Of a stretch of 64,000 nt of DNA, positions 57,306-64,000 are shown in pieces. Position 1 is the stretch's first letter, and every line of letters starts with the position of its first letter. This DNA comes from Parcubacteria group bacterium GW2011_GWA2_42_14 (GTDB taxonomy: Bacteria > Patescibacteriota > Minisyncoccia > Sungbacterales > GWA2-42-14), in assembly GCA_000998135.1 (NCBI GenBank), contig LCCV01000002.1:29421-93420 (forward strand). Direction: 5' to 3'. The notes under the pieces were generated by a model, which saw nothing but the letters and a program-made list of their open reading frames with translations, did not search any database and was not told the DNA's origin. The position numbers were made by a program, and so were the translations under genes.

Positions 57306-57614
57306 TTATCCGGATTCTCCGCCTTCGTCATTAGAACCATCAAGTTCTTTGGGTTCTTCTTGTTGAACAATAAGTTCACGGGGGTCACAATCTTCCACTC
57401 GCGCAATTTCGCGTAAATTATCCACCATCATAGATTTGTAAGGATGAACCAATTTTTTAATTGCCGCAACAACTTGCCTTGGGGTAAGACCGTCAGGCAT
57501 CAAGCAAATTTCGTCAGGTTTTGGGTGCCGTTCTAACCACCGTGCCCAAGCCGCAATAATTTCTTCGTCCGTTCGCTCAACGTAGGCCATGTTGCATCTC
57601 TCCCTTATTTTCAA
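57306..57614 (-). CDS. Small hypothetical protein.
   Basis: ORF only. The likely start is the internal MAYVERTDEE. Palindromic motif 57699-57724 is upstream. Confidence 0.35.
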   Translation of the reverse strand: MKIRERCNMAYVERTDEEIIAAWARWLERHPKPDEICLMPDGLTPRQVVAAIKKLVHPYKSMMVDNLREIARVEDCDPRELIVQQEEPKELDGSNDEGGESG

Positions 57615-57698
57615 AGATACTCTTCAAACATAAGATTGAGAAATAAAAAAGTCAAACACCTAACCCAAAAGAAAAGTGTTTTAAACATTTTTTAAAAA

Positions 57699-57724
57699 AA
57701 TTAATTGACGATCGTTAATTAATT
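57699..57724. promoter_or_regulatory. 26-bp palindromic operator-like motif AATTAATTGACGATCGTTAATTAATT.
   Basis: Copy 2 of the motif family (see 35302 and 58424). Confidence 0.5.
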
Positions 57725-57779
57725 TTTAAATATCTCCATATACATATACCGATTAACTCACACCATCAAACCGCTATTA

Positions 57780-58406
57780 TCAAACCAGCAAACCGAAAAA
57801 TTTACGGACTTTTATTTCGCTAAAACCAAGATCATCACTTACAACATATTGAACATATCTTTCAACATCAAAAAAGCGAGTTACAAAATCAATTTCATCC
57901 CGGCATTCATAAGGAAGCACAAATACGCTTTTTTGCAAAGGATAAAAACCAAGTTTAGACATTTTTTCGCGCAAAGCATTGCGGCTTTTCTTGTTTTTTT
58001 CCGGGATATCAAAAAAAACTATATGCCATCTCTCATTCCATTTCTCCGGCTTCAGAATTTTAATATCCTCGATATCAAATCTGCGAAGCGCGGATTTTCC
58101 TTCCTTCGTAATAACAATAAAAGTTTCTTTGCCGCGTTCTAAATACTTAACCAACCGCCGTTGGCGAAGACGTTCAACCGCCAAACGAAGTTTTCTCTGC
58201 TCTACTTCCCATTCTCTTTTGTCCCTATCCTCAAAATATTCAAGAAGCGGTTTTAGGGCTATGGGGAGACCAGGAACAACCACAAAGACGGCCAACGCGA
58301 CACCGGTCGCCGCGCATCCGGCAATAATCTTTAAAGCATGATAAGCGGGCGAGCCAAAAACCACGCTTCCGGCCTTTCTTCCTTTTTTATTCGCTGGTTT
58401 ATGCAT
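57780..58406 (-). CDS. Membrane-anchored winged-helix protein. Its C-terminal region has a Cas2/PaaX_C-like beta-alpha pattern (speculative).
   Basis: N-terminal TM helix. RRLVKYLERGKETFIVITKEGKSALRRF is wHTH-like. HIVFFDIPEKNKKSRNALREKMSKLGFYPLQKSVFV resembles the Cas2/PaaX C-domain core. Palindromic motif lies 18-43 bp upstream. Confidence 0.35.
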   Translation of the reverse strand: MHKPANKKGRKAGSVVFGSPAYHALKIIAGCAATGVALAVFVVVPGLPIALKPLLEYFEDRDKREWEVEQRKLRLAVERLRQRRLVKYLERGKETFIVITKEGKSALRRFDIEDIKILKPEKWNERWHIVFFDIPEKNKKSRNALREKMSKLGFYPLQKSVFVLPYECRDEIDFVTRFFDVERYVQYVVSDDLGFSEIKVRKFFGLLV

Positions 58407-58423
58407 TAATAAGCATTATAAAA

Positions 58424-58449
58424 AATTAAAAGACGATCGTCAATTAATT
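58424..58449. promoter_or_regulatory. 26-bp palindromic operator-like motif AATTAAAAGACGATCGTCAATTAATT.
   Basis: Copy 3 of the motif family. Confidence 0.5.
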
Positions 58450-58494
58450 TATAAAACGAAATACACTTAAAATTCAGAACAGAAAATTTAAAAA

Positions 58495-59385
58495 CTATCG
58501 TTTGAATTTATAGAAAATCTTGCTTCCGAAACGTAAATCAACGTAATCCAAATCGCCGATACGGGTTTTTATTTTAGAATCAATTATGGTTTTCAAATTA
58601 GCAGACCAGTCGGACGGCAAAACGTCCCTTGGCACAATTAAAAACCACCCGAAATTCGTTCCCAATATATAATCTTTGGAAATATCTTTGGAAATCGTAA
58701 GCGAAGACAAAGTAAATCCGGTTTTTTCCTTAAGAGCGGAATTCGCCTCTTCAAAAAAATTCAAAACCTCGCGGGATATAGCGGGCTTCCCCACCACAAA
58801 ATCCATATCCTCGTCATTTTCAATAATCGGAAAAACAGTTCCGGCAAAACTTATTGATAATTCAAAAATTACTCCCCCGCGATCAATATAAAAGCATTTG
58901 GAGCCGCTCTTTGTTTCAATAGCCGCCTCTTCTGCCAGAGCGATTGTGGTAGAACCCTTATTAACCGCGGGACAATAAATAGCAAAAACCTTTCTTTCTT
59001 CAACAACCACCGTTAAAATATCCGGAAATTTTTTTTCAACGCTTACCTGGCCGATTTTGGCAAATTTATTTTTAACGTGTTCGGAAATTTCCTCTTCGGG
59101 AAGAAAAAAATACTGACTTTTGGGAATGAACTTCCAAATATATCCGTCAAGCGGTTCCTGGATAGCCGCATATAATTCATCCTGCTCAATAATTTCAAAG
59201 CCGGTTACGGAAATATTCTTAATCTGCCAATAAGGCATATTGGCAAGTGAAAAAATGCCGTAGGCGATTACGGCAACGCCGATTAAAACTGCCAGAGAAA
59301 TTAAAATTACGGGGCGGAAATTCCTCCGTTTCTTTTTTTTATACAATAAACGGCTTTTAAAATATGTATCTACCATTGGTTTCAA
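58495..59385 (-). CDS. FtsQ/DivIB-like cell division protein (TM plus POTRA).
   Basis: Basic N-terminus, single TM helix, then IKNISVTGFEII typical of an FtsQ POTRA start. Confidence 0.45.
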   Translation of the reverse strand: MKPMVDTYFKSRLLYKKKKRRNFRPVILISLAVLIGVAVIAYGIFSLANMPYWQIKNISVTGFEIIEQDELYAAIQEPLDGYIWKFIPKSQYFFLPEEEISEHVKNKFAKIGQVSVEKKFPDILTVVVEERKVFAIYCPAVNKGSTTIALAEEAAIETKSGSKCFYIDRGGVIFELSISFAGTVFPIIENDEDMDFVVGKPAISREVLNFFEEANSALKEKTGFTLSSLTISKDISKDYILGTNFGWFLIVPRDVLPSDWSANLKTIIDSKIKTRIGDLDYVDLRFGSKIFYKFKR

Positions 59386-59553
59386 TATAACACAGGTAGA
59401 AAACTAAAAAAATAAGCCTAGTTATAAAGGCTAAAACAAATTCCAAATCCCAAGCACCAAATCCCAAATTCAAACTTCAAAATTCAAATCTAAAAAATTT
59501 TTAACATTTAAATTTTGATACTATTTGGGATTTAAGATTTTGAAATTGGGATT

Positions 59554-60600
59554 TTAAAGACTTATTATTTCCTCCCACGGCAGTCCCTCTTTGCCGAAAT
59601 GGCCGTAAGAAGCGGTTTGAAAATAAATGGGACGCCTTAAATTCAATTTTTCAATAATTGCCTGCGGACGGAAATCAAATGCCACTTTGACAAATCCACT
59701 TAAATCTTTACCTTTTTCATCTTCAGCATAAACCATCAACGGCTCGGCTCTGCCTATGGCATAAGCTACGGAAACCAAGCAATTTTTGGCGAATCCATTG
59801 GCAACCAGATTTTTTGCAACGAAACGAGACATATACGCGGCCGAGCGGTCCACTTTGGTCGGGTCTTTGCCGGAAAAAGCTCCTCCGCCATGCGGAAACA
59901 TTCCTCCATAAGTATCAACCATTATTTTTCTGCCGGTGAGTCCGGTATCGGAAGCAAACCCGCCGATAACAAATTTACCGGTGGGATTTACCAAAATTTC
60001 CACTTCTTCTAAATTACCGACTACGGGGCCAATAAGTTTTTTAATCAAATAATCTTTAATTTCCGGCTGGGCTATTTTTTCGTCATGCTGACAGGAAACC
60101 AGAACGGTATTAATTCTTCCGTCATGAATTGTAACCTGGGCCTTACCGTCGGGCCCAAGCCAATAAAAATCTTTATCGTTCCTGCGGAGATTTTCCAATC
60201 CTTTAGTAAGTTTATGAACCAACGAAACAGCCAAGGGTAAAAATTCTTTAGTTTCATCGGTCGCGTAACCGTACATAATTCCCTGGTCTCCCGCCCCGCC
60301 GGTATCCACCCCCTGCGCGATATCGGGAGATTGCTGGACAATATTGGTAATAATATTAAGATTATCCGAATATCCGATATCTTTATAAACGTTTCTCGCG
60401 ATTTCTCCCGCGTCAATTTTTCCTTTGGAAGTTACCTCCCCGCCCACAACCAAAAGATTATGAGAACCGAAAGTTTCCACGGCAACGCGCGAATAAGGGT
60501 CCTTTTCCAGATAAGCGTCAAGAATCGCGTCACTAATTTCGTCGCAAACTTTGTCCGGATGACCGGAGGTGACAGATTCGGCTGTGTAAGTATTATTCAT
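59554..60600 (-). CDS. metK: S-adenosylmethionine synthetase.
   Basis: TAESVTSGHPDK, GGGAFSGKDPTKVDRSAAY and other MetK signatures. The start is probably the Met of MNNTYTAESV (about 60600), not the ORF-track start at 60627. Confidence 0.9.
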   Translation of the reverse strand: MNNTYTAESVTSGHPDKVCDEISDAILDAYLEKDPYSRVAVETFGSHNLLVVGGEVTSKGKIDAGEIARNVYKDIGYSDNLNIITNIVQQSPDIAQGVDTGGAGDQGIMYGYATDETKEFLPLAVSLVHKLTKGLENLRRNDKDFYWLGPDGKAQVTIHDGRINTVLVSCQHDEKIAQPEIKDYLIKKLIGPVVGNLEEVEILVNPTGKFVIGGFASDTGLTGRKIMVDTYGGMFPHGGGAFSGKDPTKVDRSAAYMSRFVAKNLVANGFAKNCLVSVAYAIGRAEPLMVYAEDEKGKDLSGFVKVAFDFRPQAIIEKLNLRRPIYFQTASYGHFGKEGLPWEEIISL

Positions 60601-60665
60601 ATGCATGAAACATGGAACATGCAACATGGAACATGAAAACTATAAACATGCCACTTGCCGCACGC

Positions 60666-60842
60666 CGCTTGTTATTAAAAACACCGCTTATGAGCGGGTC
60701 TTAGATAAAATATTTTATCTTTCCCCGTTCGGTCTTCCTTCGCACGAAGCTTCGGAGGACGAGGATGGATTTAGCACCACATTAACACCTTTTGTTAATA
60801 GGCTGCTGGCGGTTCATTGAGCCAAAACTCTCCCCGCGCTCT
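60666..60842 (-). ncRNA. SAM-I (S-box) riboswitch with terminator in the metK leader.
   Basis: Minus-strand sequence: tttatcaagag (P1 5') ... ggggagagttttggctcaatgaacc ... gtggtgctaaatcc (conserved GUGCUAAAUCC) ... cgaagcttcgtgcgaagg (P4 hairpin) ... aaagataaa (P1 3'). It is followed by hairpin cccgct-cata-agcgg plus a T-tract. Confidence 0.6.
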
Positions 60843-61181
60843 TGATAAATTATTCAATTTTTATAAAACCATCATACTATGAAACGCGAAATGCGCAAGA
60901 AAAGTTATCCACCCCGTTAGAAGTTCGAAAATACACATTGATTTAAAAAATGACACAAAGCGAAAGCGGCTTACCCCGTTAGAAATCCAGCAACATGTCA
61001 ATTACGGCATAACGACGCGGAGCGAAACGGCTCCGCCTTACGTCTTTCTGAATAAAATAAGCTTTTTAAAGATTTCTAACGGGGCTTACGCCTTATGCCT
61101 GTGTCTGAATATGGCCACCCTTAAACCTCTAACGGAGTAAACAAAAACAAAAGGCCCCGAAATGAGGCCCAAGACAAATTA

Positions 61182-62120
61182 TTATACCAAACGAAGCTTA
61201 GCCAAAAACCGGCTTTCGGTCCTAACACGGTAACGAACAGTTGCTAAAAAGAAATCCGTACAATCAAGGACGGCGTAAAACAAGGTACGGTGCTCTCCGC
61301 TTTCAAATTCGGGAAATTCGTTATCAAGAATCAAGATAAGCCGATGAGCCGAAAAAGGAAGATTATTTAAACGCCGAAAATATTTTTCCCAAACAGATAG
61401 CGCCCGGCACAAACGCTCAAAATACAACCGGGGTTTTGGATTTTTACCGTCCTTAACATCTCTGATTATATTTCTGTAAATCTTTACCAAACTTTCTTTC
61501 TTGGGTAATTCGTTAACATTTGTTTCAGAAATTTCCGGCTGTCTTAGAACCAACCCTCCGGATTCAACACTCTCATCCAGTTCCAAGTGAACTTGTTCGT
61601 TCAAGAGAATAAAATTGTTTGCCTCTCTCAAACCACGGGGAATTTTATCATAAACAATTACAGATACGCGTTTACCCGCTTCTTTTAATCCGTTTACGAT
61701 TTTAGGAAAAGGATCCTGTCCGTCGCCGGAGCACAAAAATACTTCTTCAACTTCCGCATCTTCTTTGGTTTCACGCGCCAATTTTTCAAGCAGAAAATCA
61801 GCCGCGTTATAGGAAGAAGATTTAACCATAACTTCAAAACCGTTATCAACGAAAACCTGTATCACATCCGCCATATCTTTTCTAACCCTATACTTTCCGC
61901 TTTCGTCAATATCGGGGTTTGATGAAACATGCGGCAAAGAAACAGCCCCGAGCAAGTACTTAAGCCGGCCCCTTCCTCCAGCAAATTTAAGAATAATTCC
62001 ACACAACACCTCAGCAATATCCTTGGCTCCCGCCCTAACATTCTTATTTTTCAAATCTTTTCTGACGGCTATAAATAAATTTTCAATGTCCAGAAGAACA
62101 GCGGATTTCAGCGCTTCCAT
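61182..62120 (-). CDS. NYN/LabA-like (PIN-fold) domain protein.
   Basis: VLLDIENLFIAV...AADFLL...LCSGDGQDPF matches the LabA/NYN pattern D-x-E-N ... D ... SGDxD. Confidence 0.55.
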   Translation of the reverse strand: MEALKSAVLLDIENLFIAVRKDLKNKNVRAGAKDIAEVLCGIILKFAGGRGRLKYLLGAVSLPHVSSNPDIDESGKYRVRKDMADVIQVFVDNGFEVMVKSSSYNAADFLLEKLARETKEDAEVEEVFLCSGDGQDPFPKIVNGLKEAGKRVSVIVYDKIPRGLREANNFILLNEQVHLELDESVESGGLVLRQPEISETNVNELPKKESLVKIYRNIIRDVKDGKNPKPRLYFERLCRALSVWEKYFRRLNNLPFSAHRLILILDNEFPEFESGEHRTLFYAVLDCTDFFLATVRYRVRTESRFLAKLRLV

Positions 62121-62325
62121 TAGCAGAAAACCACCTTTCTACCGCTTCGGGCGGGCGCCTTCCTAGATCGTTCGTGCGCGAACACACGGACTAGCTAGGT
62201 GCCTTAGCTTCTTTTAAGCGGTTATTTATATAATAACATAATATCTAAAAATATGCAAATTTGACATAAAAACTATTATTTGATACCATTTAGAAAGCTC
62301 CCGAACAACCAAAAAAGAGAAAAAT

Positions 62326-63411
62326 ATGGCCTTTTTAATCAGCGCCGTAATTCTCGTTGTGTTGATTTTCCTCCTCAAATACCTGCCGGTAAAATCCGGG
62401 GTACTCATTGAGGGTGTTTTCAAAAAAATGGAATGCGGCAGTGATTTCAACGGAAGAGAATCAACCGCCTACTGGTTTGAAAACTACTGCAAAGATTGTT
62501 TTGAACGCAGAAATTTTGAAAATAATTCAATCTACGGCAAGTGCCTGGCAACGGTCCCGACGCGCGCCTGGAATAGAAGCACTTTTATTCCCGAGGCGGG
62601 AGATTCCATAAAAATCATTGCCCGGAAAAACATTTTTGGCACGATTAAAATATACAAAATCGTAAAAACCGATTTTCTTGAAACATACAGACCCAAACAG
62701 CGGGCTCTATACGAAGAACATTTCAGGAAACTTGGAGAGGCCCTAGACAAAAGAGGGGCTTTAGAAAAAGGCATGAGCGTTGAAGAATACCGCGAATCCA
62801 AAAGAGAAGAAACCATCCGCTATGCCATGGAAGAACTTGGGATGTCCAGAGAGGAAGTCATCAAAAATGGTATGCATGAATGGGGATATGGATCTATTCA
62901 TAACGAAGCGCGAAGACGGAAATTAATCGCAGAATTAGGCAGAGAAGCAACTCACGAGGACGTCTTGGAAGAAGACAGAAAGATAATGCAGAAAGTAGCA
63001 TCAAATTATCCCAACCAGGAATGTCTTGAACCTTATGAGATTGAGGAATACGGAGAAACAGGCACTCTTCCCGAGAACAGACTATTACATCTTAATGGAT
63101 GTACCAGTTGCTATATTCAAGCATCCATTAATAGAAACAATTGGGTTCTAACCCACACTCCGCCCGGACCGGAATGTTTTTCAAAAAATGAACTCCATAT
63201 TATTCACGAAACCGGAACACTTCCAAAAGAAAGACTCGAACACACAAAGAACTGCAAAAAATGCAAGTACGATTTTGATGTAAACAAAACCACTTATCTT
63301 GAACGCGTTGCGCCAATACCCCGCGAACATTGTCCCAGCATTGTTTTTACGCTTGACCCAAAGGATATTAAGGCGTTTTACGCCAGAAAGGCCGAACTGT
63401 TAAAGTTATAA
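62326..63411 (+). CDS. Hypothetical membrane-anchored Cys-rich protein with an internal repeat.
   Basis: N-terminal TM helix. Duplicated ETGTLP[EK]xRLxHxxxCxxCxY segments. No known domain was recognised. Confidence 0.35.
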   Translation: MAFLISAVILVVLIFLLKYLPVKSGVLIEGVFKKMECGSDFNGRESTAYWFENYCKDCFERRNFENNSIYGKCLATVPTRAWNRSTFIPEAGDSIKIIARKNIFGTIKIYKIVKTDFLETYRPKQRALYEEHFRKLGEALDKRGALEKGMSVEEYRESKREETIRYAMEELGMSREEVIKNGMHEWGYGSIHNEARRRKLIAELGREATHEDVLEEDRKIMQKVASNYPNQECLEPYEIEEYGETGTLPENRLLHLNGCTSCYIQASINRNNWVLTHTPPGPECFSKNELHIIHETGTLPKERLEHTKNCKKCKYDFDVNKTTYLERVAPIPREHCPSIVFTLDPKDIKAFYARKAELLKL

Positions 63412-63540
63412 ATTAAAAATTGCCGCCGGATTTAGCCCCGCGGTTTTTTTATACAAAGTACTTTATAATTTTGTGGCGTGAACAAAAACATTCTAATATT
63501 CTCCTTCCAGAGGCGGGCAGGCAAGAATATTAGAATGTTT

Positions 63541-64000
63541 TTAGGAACTTTTTTTGAAGCGTGGAAACCGAAAGGATGATGGACACAATTTGCTCAAAGG
63601 GCATAAATCACAACGAGGGTCTTTGGCGGTACAAATAGCGCGGCCGTGGTCAATCAAACGATAAGTTGTTTTGAACCATTCTGATTTTGGCAAAAGTTTC
63701 ATTAAATCCTGTTCAATTTTTACGGGGTCATCTTTTTCAGTCAGACCGAGCCGTTGGGAAAGACGGCGAACATGAGTATCAACAGCAATCCCCTCAACCA
63801 CGCCGTAGGCGTTTCCCAAAACCACATTAGCGGTTTTTCGCGCAACCCCTTTCAGAGTTAACATTTCCGGCATGGTGCGCGGGAGTTTACCGCCAAATTT
63901 ATCACGGATAATTTTTGCCGTTTCCAGAATATTTTTTGCTTTGGCGCGATAAAACCCAGTTGACCTAATCATTTTTTCAAATTTTTTCAAGGGAAGCGCG
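63541..64000 (-). CDS. nth: Endonuclease III (Nth), 3' part only. The gene continues past the window end.
   Basis: HhH-GPD region LPGVGRKTANVVL-like (LKGVARKTANVVLGNAYG) and C-terminal [4Fe-4S] loop CTAKDPRCDLCPLSKLC. The reading frame is open to position 64000 with no start in the window. Confidence 0.8.
   Translation of the reverse strand, partial: ALPLKKFEKMIRSTGFYRAKAKNILETAKIIRDKFGGKLPRTMPEMLTLKGVARKTANVVLGNAYGVVEGIAVDTHVRRLSQRLGLTEKDDPVKIEQDLMKLLPKSEWFKTTYRLIDHGRAICTAKDPRCDLCPLSKLCPSSFRFPRFKKSS

Noticed and set aside
59554-60627. ORF-track start of metK at 60627 (MLHVPCFMHM...).
   Set aside because: These codons are the (catgNaa)n tandem repeat of the leader. MetK proteins begin near ...SESV..GHPDK, so the start is at about 60600.
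62121-62325. GTTCGTGCGCGAAC palindrome and ctagctag motif as a regulatory site.
   Set aside because: Single occurrence and short. There are no additional copies or positional support, so it is not annotated.

Overview
This 64-kb window looks like a low-GC (roughly 38-40%), genetic-code-11, CPR/Parcubacteria-type genome segment. Coding density is high and almost all genes from position 1 to 54773 lie on the minus strand. No rRNA, tRNA or CRISPR array was recognised.

Content, in order:
(1) 1-33 kb is a large cell-envelope glycosylation supercluster. It holds an asparagine synthetase (asnB), a hexapeptide-repeat transferase, a NUDIX hydrolase, a DegT-family sugar aminotransferase, two NAD-dependent sugar epimerase/dehydratases and a GNAT. 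It also has several class-I SAM methyltransferases, one of them fused to a GT2. There are GT2 (GtrB/ArnC-like) and GT4 glycosyltransferases, including a double-GT4 protein of 821 aa. At least five ArnT/PMT-like (GT39/GT83) polytopic membrane glycosyltransferases are present. The GDP-fucose pathway pair gmd-fcl and a sugar-1-P nucleotidyltransferase are also here.
(2) 33.5-48 kb encodes three very large secreted or surface proteins: two with lamin-tail domains and one of 1205 aa with a peptidoglycan-binding-like domain.
(3) At 40.2-41.7 kb a full LexA repressor (HTH plus S24 autopeptidase Ser/Lys dyad) is fused to a beta-class DPPY DNA methyltransferase. Two convergent hypothetical genes and a TPR protein follow it. 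This is the most unusual gene in the window.
(4) Housekeeping genes occupy the rest: galU, clpB, metK preceded by a SAM-I riboswitch, an FtsQ-like gene, a NYN-domain protein and a partial nth.

The region carries many short palindromic MITE-like repeat families. Several are inserted in-frame inside protein-coding genes, in the manner of Rickettsia palindromic elements. Other structures include a 26-bp palindromic operator shared by three genes, two ArsR-like regulators flanked by their own palindromes and repeat modules, and tandem TTGCGTTTAA arrays in three intergenic regions. A 1.37-kb gene-free AT-rich stretch at 48.1-49.4 kb contains two perfect DnaA-box nonamers and covarying hairpins.

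All calls are from reading the sequence and the supplied translations. No database search was run.
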